Source: a bacterium (GTDB taxonomy: Bacteria; CSSED10-310; JAFGSJ01). Taken from it: 64,000 bases of DNA. The stretch spans positions 10,861-74,860 of the forward strand of contig JAFGSJ010000104.1 in the NCBI GenBank assembly GCA_016934675.1. Reading direction: 5' to 3'. Positions within the stretch are counted from its first letter, which is position 1. Each line of letters opens with the position of its first letter. The notes under the pieces were generated by a model. The model was not told the DNA's origin and ran no database searches. It saw only the letters and a list, made by a program, of their open reading frames with translations. The translations under genes and the position numbers were made by a program. Shown here in pieces: positions 1 to 9,825 of this stretch.

Positions 1-492
1 ATTCATACGCCCGAGATCATTTTCCTGGACGAACCGACCACGGGTGTGGACCCCGTTTCGCGACGAGATTTTTGGTGGATACTGGCCCGGTTACAGAAGG
101 AAGGGCTGACAATCATAATCAGCACGCCCTATATTGATGAGGCGGAACGTTGCCATCGGGTAGCATTCATGAGTAACGGTCGGATAATCAAGTGTGATCA
201 GCCTCGTGCGATCAAGAATTCACTTCGGGACCATTTACTCGAAGTAGTGTGCGACGATGTGCGTAAAGCCCGCCAGATATTGATCGGGCAGAGCCAGGTT
301 TCTGATATCCAGGCATTTGGTGACCGTCTGCACCTGCATTCGCCAGCAGTTCTGTCCCCCGAGCAGGTCCGAGCCACGCTTGAAGCTAATGGGGTGATCG
401 TTCAGGATATGCGTTCGGTCCTACCTTCCCTCGAAGATGCTTTTATCCATTATCTGCAAGAAAACAGCGAGGTACAGGAGATACATTCATGA
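1..492 (+). CDS. ABC transporter ATP-binding protein, C-terminal part (5' end outside window)
   Basis: Frame 1 is open from base 1. IHTPEIIFLDEPTTGVDPVSRR covers the Walker B/D-loop region, followed by an H-loop-like IIISTPYIDEAERC. The TGA at 490-492 overlaps the next ATG (ATGA). Confidence 0.85.
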   Translation: MHTPEIIFLDEPTTGVDPVSRRDFWWILARLQKEGLTIIISTPYIDEAERCHRVAFMSNGRIIKCDQPRAIKNSLRDHLLEVVCDDVRKARQILIGQSQVSDIQAFGDRLHLHSPAVLSPEQVRATLEANGVIVQDMRSVLPSLEDAFIHYLQENSEVQEIHS

Positions 493-1802
493 GATTACGA
501 TTGATAGTACTCTATCTGGTGGTCCTGGGGTTCTCATCCGGGGCGGGTGGTGAAATTCTGAGTCTCGACGATTGCATTCGCGAGGCCCAGGCCAACAATC
601 CACTGATCGGCCAGGCACAGGCCCGATATGAAGCCAGCCGGGCCCGGGCCCGGTCAACGGAAAAGCTGGTGTTGCCTTCATTCAATACCCGCTTGAGTTA
701 TGTTCGTTTGAGTGACGTTGACCCGTTCTCGGTCCAGACGCCATTTGGGACTATAACTGTATCCGAGCCGGTCCTGGACACGTATCAGGCGACTTTGACC
801 GTACAGCAGCCTCTTTTCACCGGTTTCAGGCTCGGTAATCAGGTCGAGCTGGCCCGTCAAGGTGTAACCCTGTCGCAGTTGGGTCTTGAATACAGTAATT
901 GGGACCTGCGTTTCGAGGTCATAAAGGCATATTACAATCTGATCAATGCCCGGGCAGCCCGGCGCGTGATCGACGAGAGTCTCAAGACCATGGCAGTCCA
1001 TGTCCAGGATGTGCATAATTTCAAGGAAGCCGGACTGGCCACAACCAATGAGGTCTTGCAGACCGAAGTCCGTTTATCCAATCTGCATGTGCAATTGAAT
1101 CAGGCCGAGAACGGGGTCGAGTTGGCTGAACTGGCATTGGCGACACTTTTGAACAGACCGGACGCGAAACCCTTCGAGATCGAAGAAAATGTGGTGATCG
1201 ACCATGAACCAGTGCCGCCGGTCGAGGTATTGCTTGACTTGGCCCAAGCCAACAGGCTCGAATTACGTCAGCTCGATGTCCGGGAGCAGATAGCCGACCA
1301 CGCTTTGGCCATCTCTCGGAGCGACTATTATCCGACCGTGCTGGCCAGTGGCGCGTATAATTATGCTCGACCGAACAATCGTTATCAACCGCCCGAGGAG
1401 GAGTTCAACTCTGACTGGAGCATCGGCCTGTCGGTCAGCTGGGTCCCCTTTGACTGGGGTAAGACCAGGAGCAATGTGCAACAGTATCAGGCTGAGCGGC
1501 GTGAAATCGAGGCCCTTCACGAGCAGGTCAGTCAACAGGTCCGGGCACAGGTCATCAGGACTTACGCCCAGCACCGTGAAACATTCAAACGGCTCGAACT
1601 CGTCCGGACCACGGTCCGTCAGGCCACGGAAAACCTTCGTGTGGCCCATGATCAATATAACGAAGGTATGAGTCGAAACACCGACGTGCTCGACGCGGAG
1701 ACCTTACAGCTCCAGGCAAATCTCGACCAGACCAGGGCGGAACTCGATTATCTGTTGACCCGGGCCTTGCTAACCCAGGCTGTCGGCAGTTCAGCCTGGT
1801 AA
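489..1802 (+). CDS. TolC/OprM-family outer membrane efflux protein
   Basis: 437 aa with a hydrophobic N-terminal signal-like segment. It shows the two-repeat outer-membrane-factor pattern with long coiled-coil stretches (YYNLINARAA..., LDAETLQLQANLDQTRAELDYL). It is embedded in an ABC-2 efflux operon. Confidence 0.8.
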   Translation: MRLRLIVLYLVVLGFSSGAGGEILSLDDCIREAQANNPLIGQAQARYEASRARARSTEKLVLPSFNTRLSYVRLSDVDPFSVQTPFGTITVSEPVLDTYQATLTVQQPLFTGFRLGNQVELARQGVTLSQLGLEYSNWDLRFEVIKAYYNLINARAARRVIDESLKTMAVHVQDVHNFKEAGLATTNEVLQTEVRLSNLHVQLNQAENGVELAELALATLLNRPDAKPFEIEENVVIDHEPVPPVEVLLDLAQANRLELRQLDVREQIADHALAISRSDYYPTVLASGAYNYARPNNRYQPPEEEFNSDWSIGLSVSWVPFDWGKTRSNVQQYQAERREIEALHEQVSQQVRAQVIRTYAQHRETFKRLELVRTTVRQATENLRVAHDQYNEGMSRNTDVLDAETLQLQANLDQTRAELDYLLTRALLTQAVGSSAW

Positions 1803-1823
1803 AAGGATAATGAGGAATCGGAC

Positions 1824-2744
1824 ATGGAGTCCATAATCGTTCAGGATCTGACCAAAATATTCGGGAAGTTCGTCGCGGTTGACAGGATCAATTTCCGGGT
1901 CAAGCAGGGCGAGATTTTTGGTTTCCTCGGGGCGAACGGGGCCGGGAAATCCACGGCGATCAGAATGATGTGCGGCTTGCTCGAACCGAGCGAAGGCACG
2001 GCCCTGGTGGCGGGATATGATGTCCGTCAGCAGCCCGAACAGGTCAAACAATCGATCGGTTACATGTCCCAGCGGTTTTCACTCTATGAAGATATCTCGG
2101 TCAGAGAAAACATCAGGTTTTTTGGCGGCGTGTACGGCTTGCGAGGCAAAAAGCTGAATGAACGTCTCGATTGGGTCCTCGAAATGACCCAATTGCGGGA
2201 CAGTCAACTGCGGATAACCGGCACTTTACCGGGAGGCGTCAAGCAGCGTCTGGCCTTGGGCTGTGCCTTTATTCACGAACCCCGGATCGTTTTTCTGGAC
2301 GAACCGACCGGTGGGGTCGATCCGATTTCGCGCCGGGCTTTCTGGGGGCTTATCCAGGACCTGTCCGCCCAGGGAATTTCCATCCTGGTCACGACTCATT
2401 TTCTTGATGAAGCCGAATACTGTCACTCGATTGCCTTGATCAATGCGGGTCGAATCGTAGCCCATGGTTCGCCCCATTATCTGAAGCAGCACTACCTGCC
2501 CTATACAATCCTGGGTTTACACGTTGATCGACCGCTTGACGCCATGGGTTTGCTTCAGGAGCAACCCGAGGTCATAGAAATCTCTTTGTTTGGTCTGTCT
2601 CTGCACCTGGGTGTCCACGAGGTCGATCAGGCCTTGATCCGTCTCAAGCTTGTCCTGGAAGGGCAGGGCTTCCATATCAACAGTTTTGAGCCGATCATGC
2701 CCTCACTTGAGGATGTGTTCATTCATCTCATCGAGAAAACATAG
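1824..2744 (+). CDS. ABC transporter ATP-binding protein
   Basis: Walker A GANGAGKST, signature-like LPGGVKQRL, Walker B IVFLDEPTGGVD and H-loop TTHFLDEAE. The ATG is at 1824. Confidence 0.9.
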   Translation: MESIIVQDLTKIFGKFVAVDRINFRVKQGEIFGFLGANGAGKSTAIRMMCGLLEPSEGTALVAGYDVRQQPEQVKQSIGYMSQRFSLYEDISVRENIRFFGGVYGLRGKKLNERLDWVLEMTQLRDSQLRITGTLPGGVKQRLALGCAFIHEPRIVFLDEPTGGVDPISRRAFWGLIQDLSAQGISILVTTHFLDEAEYCHSIALINAGRIVAHGSPHYLKQHYLPYTILGLHVDRPLDAMGLLQEQPEVIEISLFGLSLHLGVHEVDQALIRLKLVLEGQGFHINSFEPIMPSLEDVFIHLIEKT

Positions 2745-2753
2745 AGGTCACTC

Positions 2754-3878
2754 ATGTTCAAACGCATAGCTGCTTTGGTCAGAAAGGAATATCGCCAGAT
2801 CAGACGCGATAAGAGGACCCTGGCCGCCCTTTCTTTCCTGCCCATGTTCCTGCTGATCATGTTTGGTTATGCGATCAATTTTGATGTTCACAACATCAAG
2901 GTGGCAGTGCTCGATTATGATCTTTCGGCTGAAAGTCGTGCCTTGATTGAACTGGTCGGTATCTATCGCTATTTTGATATTGTTCGGGTCGCCACGCTTC
3001 CTTCGGAAATCGACACGCTGATTGATCGAGAGAAAATCCAGGCCGCCCTGATCATCCCGCCTGGTTTCGCCCGAAAGGTCCAGGGCTGTGAAACCGCTGA
3101 AGTGCAGTATCTGGTCGATGGAGTCAATGGTAACATCGGTTCGATTTCCTCAGCCTATATAAACCAGATTGTGGGTGATTTTTCCCGAACTATCCAGGTC
3201 AGGGTTGCGGCCAGGCATGGTCTCGAGTACAAGCCGCTAATCGATCTGCATGAGCGAATCTGGTACAATCCGGAACTGAAAAGCAGCCTTTTTCTGATAC
3301 CGGGTCTGATCGCCTTTATCCTGATGATCACTGCAGTCGTGTCCACCGCTCTCTCGGTCGTCCGTGAAAAGGAGCTCAATACCATCGAACAGATCATCGT
3401 TTCACCGGTACATTCTTTCGAATTGATGGTGGGCAAGGCCTTGCCCTTCATGATCATCGCCCTCGAGGCCGAGCTGTTGATACTGGTAGCCGGTTGGCTC
3501 TTCTTCGGGGTGAAGGTCGGCGGGAGCCTGCTCACTCTATTCCTGGCCTCTTTTTTGTTCCTGCTCGGTGCACTCGGTCAGGGACTCCTGATTTCGACTG
3601 TGGCCCATACCCAGGCTGTTGCTTTTATGATGGCGATCTTTTCGTCTCTGCTGCCCACTTTATTGTTGTCCGGTTTCATATTTCGGATTTCCAGTATGCC
3701 CATTGCCTTACAACTCATTTCATATCTGGTCCCGGCCCGCTATTTTCTGATCATTCTGCGGGGTGTCATTCTTAAGGGCACCGGATATATGCTGTACTAT
3801 GAACAGTTCCTGTTTCTCGGGGGCTTTACCATACTCATGATTTTGATCAGTTCGGTCAAAATGTCACGTACAATGTAG
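2754..3878 (+). CDS. ABC-2 type transporter permease
   Basis: 374 aa with one N-terminal TM helix, a large extracytoplasmic loop and a C-terminal cluster of five TM helices. This is the YbhS/YbhR-like architecture, and the gene follows the ATPase. Confidence 0.85.
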   Translation: MFKRIAALVRKEYRQIRRDKRTLAALSFLPMFLLIMFGYAINFDVHNIKVAVLDYDLSAESRALIELVGIYRYFDIVRVATLPSEIDTLIDREKIQAALIIPPGFARKVQGCETAEVQYLVDGVNGNIGSISSAYINQIVGDFSRTIQVRVAARHGLEYKPLIDLHERIWYNPELKSSLFLIPGLIAFILMITAVVSTALSVVREKELNTIEQIIVSPVHSFELMVGKALPFMIIALEAELLILVAGWLFFGVKVGGSLLTLFLASFLFLLGALGQGLLISTVAHTQAVAFMMAIFSSLLPTLLLSGFIFRISSMPIALQLISYLVPARYFLIILRGVILKGTGYMLYYEQFLFLGGFTILMILISSVKMSRTM

Positions 3879-3898
3879 TCTATGATAAGGAAAGAAAA

Positions 3899-5029
3899 AT
3901 GAATCGGTTGCTGCGTTTAATCCAGAAGGAATTCTGTCAGATTCGGCGCGATCCTCGCATGTTTGGAATCATGCTGTTTGCGCCGGTAATCCAGTTGATC
4001 ATTCTGGGTTATGCTGCCACGACCGATGTGAACCAGTTGGAAATCGGGGTGTGCGATCTCGATCGCACTGAACAGAGTCGGGCCCTGATTGACTCATTTA
4101 TCAGTTCAGGCTATTTCAATCTGATCAGGACGGTGGCCGTACCGGATGAACTCGATCTACCCATTTCCCGGGGCGAGGTGATCATCGGCCTGGTCATTCC
4201 TCACTCGTTTGGTAGCAATTTGATTACTGCTCACACCCCACAGCTCCAGCTTCTGGTCGATGGGACCGATGCAACCTCGGGAACCATAGCCATCGGATAT
4301 GCCAAGGCCGTAGTCCAGCTTTTTTCCATGCCCTATCTGAAACCGCTGCTGCGACGGATGAGTATCCGGAATATCAGGTTGCCCTCGGTCCAGGTCAGGA
4401 ACAGGGCCTGGTTCAATCCTGAGCTCAAGAGCCGGGTTTACATGGTCCCGGCCGGGATGGGCCTGGTCCTGCTTGTGGTCATGATTATGCTGACAGCTAT
4501 GTCCTTGGTCAAGGAGCGGGAGGTTGGGACCATGGAACAGCTCATCGTCACACCCCTCAAAGGCTGGGAACTTCTGCTCGGGAAAATTTTACCCTTCATT
4601 CTGATCGGCATTGTCGCTGAAACAGTGATCATCGTGGTCGCTGTTACTGTTTTCGCCATACCGGTCCTGGGTAACGCTTTGACCCTCTATTTACTATCCT
4701 TCGGTTTTTTCTTTACCACGCTCGGTTTGGGTATTCTGATCTCGACTTTATGTAGGACGCAGCAGCAGGCCATGCTCATGACAACTTTTTTCGTCATATT
4801 GCCCTTTGTCTATCTTTCCGGTTTCATTTTTCCGATCGAAAATATGCCCCGGGTTTTTCAACTCATATCTTATCTCATTCCGCTTCGTTACTTCCTGGTC
4901 ATTGCTCGAGGTGTTTTTCTCAAGGGTTGTGGCTGGCTTCAACTGTGGGATGAGTTCACGATCATGCTTGTGCTGGGCGGCCTGATTTTTGGAGCGGCCC
5001 TGGTCCGATTCAAGAAAACGCTGGATTGA
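3899..5029 (+). CDS. ABC-2 type transporter permease (paralog of 2754..3878)
   Basis: 376 aa, with the same architecture and clear similarity to the preceding permease (IRRD..., WFNPELKS..., ISYLxPxRYFLxIxRGVxLKG). Confidence 0.85.
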   Translation: MNRLLRLIQKEFCQIRRDPRMFGIMLFAPVIQLIILGYAATTDVNQLEIGVCDLDRTEQSRALIDSFISSGYFNLIRTVAVPDELDLPISRGEVIIGLVIPHSFGSNLITAHTPQLQLLVDGTDATSGTIAIGYAKAVVQLFSMPYLKPLLRRMSIRNIRLPSVQVRNRAWFNPELKSRVYMVPAGMGLVLLVVMIMLTAMSLVKEREVGTMEQLIVTPLKGWELLLGKILPFILIGIVAETVIIVVAVTVFAIPVLGNALTLYLLSFGFFFTTLGLGILISTLCRTQQQAMLMTTFFVILPFVYLSGFIFPIENMPRVFQLISYLIPLRYFLVIARGVFLKGCGWLQLWDEFTIMLVLGGLIFGAALVRFKKTLD

Positions 5030-5044
5030 AAACGGGTGTGGATT

Positions 5045-6262
5045 TCAGGTTCGAGCAGCCAGGGCGGTCTCGATGCGCTCGAGCAGTATGGCGGCTACCT
5101 CTTCCTTGGAGAGCAATGGCATTTCTTGTTCCGCACCACTCGAAGAAATGAAGACCACGCGATTGGTGTCGCTCTGAAAGCCGGAACCGGCCTCATCGAT
5201 CCTGTTAGCCACGATCAGATCAATGCCTTTTTCGTCGAGCTTTTTGCGGGCGTAGGAGCGGAGTTTTTCTGTTTCGGCGGCGAAACCAACCAGGTACTGG
5301 CGCTTTCTTAGCCGGGACAATTCAGTCAGAATGTCGGGCGTCATTTCGAGTGGCAAACTGTCCGGGGCCGAGTCCTTTTTCATTTTCTGATCGAAACGTT
5401 GCCGCGGCCTGAAATCGGACACAGCAGCAGCCATGATGACCACATCCTGCTCATCGTACACAGACATGACTTTCTGAAACATATCCTGGGCGCTTTCAAC
5501 GGGAATGAACGTGACGCCTTCGACAGGTGGCAAGGCGGTCGGACCCGAGATGAGTGTGACCTGAGCGCCCATATTTCGGGCAACCCGGGCGATGGCGTAG
5601 CCCATTTTGCCCGATGAGGGATTTGACAGGAACCGAAAAGCGTCCCAGAATTCGCGGGTCGGTCCGGCCGTGACCAGAATGCGTCTTGTGGTCAAGGTTT
5701 TTGGGGTCAACAGGGCAATAGACGTGTCGACTATTCGGTCAAGCGGAGCCAATCGTCCTTTCCCGGTATCCTGGCAAGCCAGGTTCCCGGACTCGGGTTC
5801 GATGATGTGAACACCACGATCAGCGAGAAGAGTGAGATTAGACTGGACCGCTTGGTGCTCGAACATCTTCCAGTTCATGGCCGGAGCGATCAGGAGCGGG
5901 GCTTTGATCGAGAGGCAGAACGTGCTCAGAAAATCATCGGCGATGCCCTGGGTTAGCTTGCCGATGATGTTAGCCGTAGCCGGCGCGATCAGGACGAGAT
6001 CGGCTTCGTCACCCAAGGCAATATGGTCAATATCCGGAGATGTTTCCGACTCGAACATGCGACAGTAGACCTTATGCCCGGACAGGACTGCCAGGGTCAG
6101 AGGGGTGATGAAGCGGGTCGCATGTTCGGTCATGACCACATGAACATCGGCCCCCTTCTTCTGCAACATCCGCATCAATTCCACGGATTTGTAAGCGGCA
6201 ATACCGCCAGTGATACCCAGAACAATCTTCTTGGTTGATAAGGGTCGATATTCTGAACTCAT
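5045..6262 (-). CDS. coaBC: bifunctional phosphopantothenoylcysteine decarboxylase / phosphopantothenate-cysteine ligase
   Basis: The N-terminal flavoprotein motif is KKIVLGITGGIAAYK and the C-terminal half is DFP/CoaB-like (ILVTAGPTREFWDAFRFLSNPSSGKMG). The longest ORF starts at GTG 6280. ATG 6262 is preferred because AGGAG lies 6 nt upstream. Confidence 0.9.
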   Translation of the reverse strand: MSSEYRPLSTKKIVLGITGGIAAYKSVELMRMLQKKGADVHVVMTEHATRFITPLTLAVLSGHKVYCRMFESETSPDIDHIALGDEADLVLIAPATANIIGKLTQGIADDFLSTFCLSIKAPLLIAPAMNWKMFEHQAVQSNLTLLADRGVHIIEPESGNLACQDTGKGRLAPLDRIVDTSIALLTPKTLTTRRILVTAGPTREFWDAFRFLSNPSSGKMGYAIARVARNMGAQVTLISGPTALPPVEGVTFIPVESAQDMFQKVMSVYDEQDVVIMAAAVSDFRPRQRFDQKMKKDSAPDSLPLEMTPDILTELSRLRKRQYLVGFAAETEKLRSYARKKLDEKGIDLIVANRIDEAGSGFQSDTNRVVFISSSGAEQEMPLLSKEEVAAILLERIETALAART

Positions 6263-6303
6263 CGAGGACTCCTGTTGCACATCGGCTGGTCCCGTGCGGG
6301 GAA

Positions 6304-6942
6304 TCAGCCGTTTGTTTCGGAGATCATATTTCTGAATCGGTCAAGGTTCAACCGGTCCAGGCGACACCGCTCTGACCGGATGATACTCATCACCTCGAGG
6401 ATCGCGGTCTCGAGCCGATCGTTGATCACCAGAAAATCATAATCAAGGAAATGACCCATTTCCTGCCGGGCTATCTCGAGTCGGACTTTGATGCTTTGTT
6501 CCGTATCAGATTTGCGGGCCCGTAAACGACGTTCAAGCTCGGCCATTGATGGTGGCATAATAAAAATATAGACCCCGTTTTTCATCCGGGCCTGCAGTTG
6601 TTTAGCCCCTTGGACATCGATGTCGAGCATGATATCCCGACCCGTATCCAGCACAGAAAACAGGGTTTGTTTGTGAGTGGCATACCAGGCGCCGTGAACC
6701 TGGGCCCATTCGACAAACTGGCCTTCCTGACGATAGCGCTCGAATGTCTCCGGGTCGACGAAATGATAGTCGCGGCCATTCACTTCATGGGTCCGGGCCG
6801 GTCGAGTCGTATAGGAAACCGAATAAGCCAAATTGTCCATCTGGTTAAGTATACTTTTGTAAATGGTAGTTTTACCGCCGCCCGAGGGCGAGGACAGTAC
6901 GAAAAAAATCCCGTGTCGCTGTGGGTCCTGTGTTGTTGTCAT
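6304..6942 (-). CDS. gmk: guanylate kinase
   Basis: P-loop SSPSGGGKTT, followed by YSVSYTTRPARTHEVNGRDYHFV, which is typical of Gmk. ATG 6942 is chosen so the gene does not overlap the yicC-like stop at 6947. Confidence 0.9.
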   Translation of the reverse strand: MTTTQDPQRHGIFFVLSSPSGGGKTTIYKSILNQMDNLAYSVSYTTRPARTHEVNGRDYHFVDPETFERYRQEGQFVEWAQVHGAWYATHKQTLFSVLDTGRDIMLDIDVQGAKQLQARMKNGVYIFIMPPSMAELERRLRARKSDTEQSIKVRLEIARQEMGHFLDYDFLVINDRLETAILEVMSIIRSERCRLDRLNLDRFRNMISETNG

Positions 6943-6946
6943 GGCA

Positions 6947-7837
6947 TTATTCAATATTCTGGATTTGCTCCTTGAGTTGATCAAGCAGTGTTTTGAGTTC
7001 GACCACCCTGGCCGAGACCTCGGCTGACGCGGCCTTAACGCCGAGAGTGTTCACTTCTCGAAAAAGTTCCTGGATAAGAAATTCCACTTTTCGGCCGAGC
7101 GGACCTTCAGTCTGGCATAACTCCAGGGCAGCTTGAACATGAAATTTGAGCCGATTTACCTCTTCAACGACATTGCTCCGTTCGCAATAATACAAGACTT
7201 CTTCAGCCAGGCGGGCCTGGTCCACGGGAACTGAACCGAACTTTTCAGCCAGCCGTTTCTGAAGCATGGCATAGACCAGATCGTGCTGCTGATTGGCCAG
7301 AGACTCGATCCGGGGCAGCTCTGCCTGGATCATAGTGAAATGTTCGATAAGTATCGCCTGCAGTTTTTGACCTTCGTTGGTCCGCATCTCGATCACATCG
7401 ACTAGGGCCTGGTCCAGTGAGGTTTTAATCAACGAGAGTAAGTCCTCACTGATCAATTCGGGTGATTTCACGGTCCAGATATTATCAAGCCCCAAAAGCG
7501 TATCCAACCTTATGCTTTTGTCGATTTCGAGACCGGGTATGTCGATGGTCGAGGTCAGCTTCTTGAGATTGTATATATATTCCCGGGCCAAGCCATGGTC
7601 CAGACCAAGCCTGCTATAGTCAGTCAAAGGGTATTCGAGCTTCATGGTCAACTCGACCGTCCCCCGCGAAATGGACTGCTGGACTATCTCCCGGATAGCG
7701 GCTTCGTAATCGCACAGCTCCGGTGACAGTCTCACCTTCATCTGAAAATAGCGATTGTTTAATGTCCGGATCGTGGTCTCCAGACTCATCCCCTTTTCCT
7801 GGCATATAGCCCGACCGAAGCCTGTCATACTTTTCAT
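6947..7837 (-). CDS. YicC/YloC family protein (stress-induced endoribonuclease family)
   Basis: 296 aa. It starts MKSMTGFGRA and has the conserved C-terminal EVNRLKFH...GRKVEFLIQELFREVNTLGVKA signature of the YicC family. The yicC-gmk-coaBC order is conserved. Confidence 0.85.
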   Translation of the reverse strand: MKSMTGFGRAICQEKGMSLETTIRTLNNRYFQMKVRLSPELCDYEAAIREIVQQSISRGTVELTMKLEYPLTDYSRLGLDHGLAREYIYNLKKLTSTIDIPGLEIDKSIRLDTLLGLDNIWTVKSPELISEDLLSLIKTSLDQALVDVIEMRTNEGQKLQAILIEHFTMIQAELPRIESLANQQHDLVYAMLQKRLAEKFGSVPVDQARLAEEVLYYCERSNVVEEVNRLKFHVQAALELCQTEGPLGRKVEFLIQELFREVNTLGVKAASAEVSARVVELKTLLDQLKEQIQNIE

Positions 7838-8037
7838 GATCTGTCCTTTACTGATAATCCGTTATGAGTCATGTGTCCCTGTTATCATATTCGACCGCTT
7901 GTATCATCAGAATGAATAACTCCATGTTTGCACTTCAAACCTTATTACTATAGCATGTGCAGAAGGTCCGTGTCAATTTTCGACTCGATCCGAATCCATT
8001 GTTGTAAAGAAATAAAAACGGTCCTAACATAGTAATC

Positions 8038-9759
8038 ATGAATTCCAAGAAAGCGACACTGTTATCAATACTGAAAGCCACTGTGTTTTTATGTCTGGGT
8101 ATGGTGCTTCTTTTCATGTGTCATTGCACTGATGACCGCCAACAAAACCAGGAAAAGAACAAAAAAGTGATTCTATTTGGAATTGATGGCGTCGAATGGC
8201 ACATCCTCCACCCACTTATGAAAATGGGCAGGGTCCCGGTCATTCAGAAACTTATGTGCTCCGGCTCTATCGCCAATCTTTTTTCCCCCTCCATGTGCTC
8301 ACCGGTCGAATGGACCACGATCGTGACCGGAAAGAGTAAAGAGAAGCACGGTGTATTAGGTTTTCCTCAAGTTCAGCAAAGGGCTCCCGGTCAGCAGAAA
8401 AAAGAAGATAATCCACTAGACATGTCAATGAATATTACCCGACAAACAAGAAAAAGCATGACTTTGTGGAATATTTTTTCCAATCATCATCACGGAGTGG
8501 CCAGCATAGGCTGGTGGGCTACTTGGCCCGCTGAAGAAATCAATGGCACTCTCATCAGTGATACTTTCTTGTATAATCGGATAATGCCACATACATTCTC
8601 ACCCCCCAGTATCGAACAGAGTCTAAAGGAAATTGAGCAGATGGCAAAAATACGCGGCGAATCCTGGCTGAAAAACTACCTGCCTGCCATCTCAACAACC
8701 CATCTCAAAAACCATGGTAATGACTATCGCGTTATCAGTGGGCAGCTTGAAAAGTTTTCAGAGCACCTTACCTTTGATTTTGTCAAGCAGAATATCGCTC
8801 TTTACTTGATTGAAAAGGAAAACCCGGACCTTGTCTTTCTCTATTTACGCGCTTCGGATTTAAGCTCACACTTTTTCTATCGTGATACATTTCACTATTC
8901 AGATAACACCGACTGGCCCGAGAGTGGTTTTTACCCTGAAAAATTCCATTGGGTCATCCCGGCAACGTACGAACTCTATGACTTATTTCTCGATGAGCTT
9001 CTGGTTAACTATGATCAAATGCCTTATACTATCATAGTCTCTGATCACGGTTTTGGTTTTCAGAAAATGAATAAAAGAGTTGAATTCGGTAAATTTTTCA
9101 GAAATTCAAAGCTTCTGGTCAACGATCAAGACCCGATCTCGTTTGTGAAGTGGAAGAATAAAAAAGATCAGGAAGGAACCGTCCAGTTTTTCATTGATGC
9201 TCCACCTCAGATCGAACCGAATTCATCCCTTTTACTGCAGGAACTACGCACCACACTGGCTGCAATTCAAAATATATCGGGCGAAAATCTTTTTGAGTCC
9301 CTCAATATTGTTGCTGACGGTCCTGACTCGCAGTCTGAGTGTCTGGAAGTAACCGTAAATCCCGCAATCCAGTTGGCCGATATTATCGTTTTTCCCAAGA
9401 CTATGCTTCCGGCGCATGAGTTATTCTTCTATAGTCAATGGTCCGGATCGCATCGGAGGAATGGTATTGCAATCTTCAATGGTCCCTGTTTTAAGAAGGG
9501 ACATCTTGTCACAACGAATATCAAAACGTGGGATATCTGCCCCACTATTTTAAGTATCTATTCTCTTCCTCGTGGTCAGGATATGGATGGTCACCTCATA
9601 ACGGATATCTTTACTCCACGTTTCCTACAAAACAACCCTCGGCCTGCGGATATCAGTACCTATGACAGGGATTTGAAGGATGAAAGTTTCGAGAAACTCG
9701 ATCCTGAAGCTGAGCACAAGCTCATTAATGAGTTGAAAACCATCGGTTATTTAAACTGA
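8038..9759 (+). CDS. alkaline-phosphatase superfamily protein (type I phosphodiesterase/nucleotide pyrophosphatase-like)
   Basis: N-terminal signal/anchor. Metal-ligand motifs are ILFGIDGVEW and IIVSDHGF. The nucleophile-helix region SPSMCSPVEWTTIVTGKSKEKHGV aligns to the PSxTFPNHxSIVTG...HG motif of NPP-type enzymes. Confidence 0.65.
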   Translation: MNSKKATLLSILKATVFLCLGMVLLFMCHCTDDRQQNQEKNKKVILFGIDGVEWHILHPLMKMGRVPVIQKLMCSGSIANLFSPSMCSPVEWTTIVTGKSKEKHGVLGFPQVQQRAPGQQKKEDNPLDMSMNITRQTRKSMTLWNIFSNHHHGVASIGWWATWPAEEINGTLISDTFLYNRIMPHTFSPPSIEQSLKEIEQMAKIRGESWLKNYLPAISTTHLKNHGNDYRVISGQLEKFSEHLTFDFVKQNIALYLIEKENPDLVFLYLRASDLSSHFFYRDTFHYSDNTDWPESGFYPEKFHWVIPATYELYDLFLDELLVNYDQMPYTIIVSDHGFGFQKMNKRVEFGKFFRNSKLLVNDQDPISFVKWKNKKDQEGTVQFFIDAPPQIEPNSSLLLQELRTTLAAIQNISGENLFESLNIVADGPDSQSECLEVTVNPAIQLADIIVFPKTMLPAHELFFYSQWSGSHRRNGIAIFNGPCFKKGHLVTTNIKTWDICPTILSIYSLPRGQDMDGHLITDIFTPRFLQNNPRPADISTYDRDLKDESFEKLDPEAEHKLINELKTIGYLN

Positions 9760-9825
9760 TCGGACAATCTGTCAGCCTTAATGTCCGCGTCGAAACACTG
9801 TCAAGGTTTATCTTGCCCAGAGCTC

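Noticed and set aside
6263-6303. Missing rpoZ between gmk and coaBC
   Set aside because: The gap is only 41 nt, so rpoZ is simply encoded elsewhere. This is a synteny variation, not a feature of this sequence.
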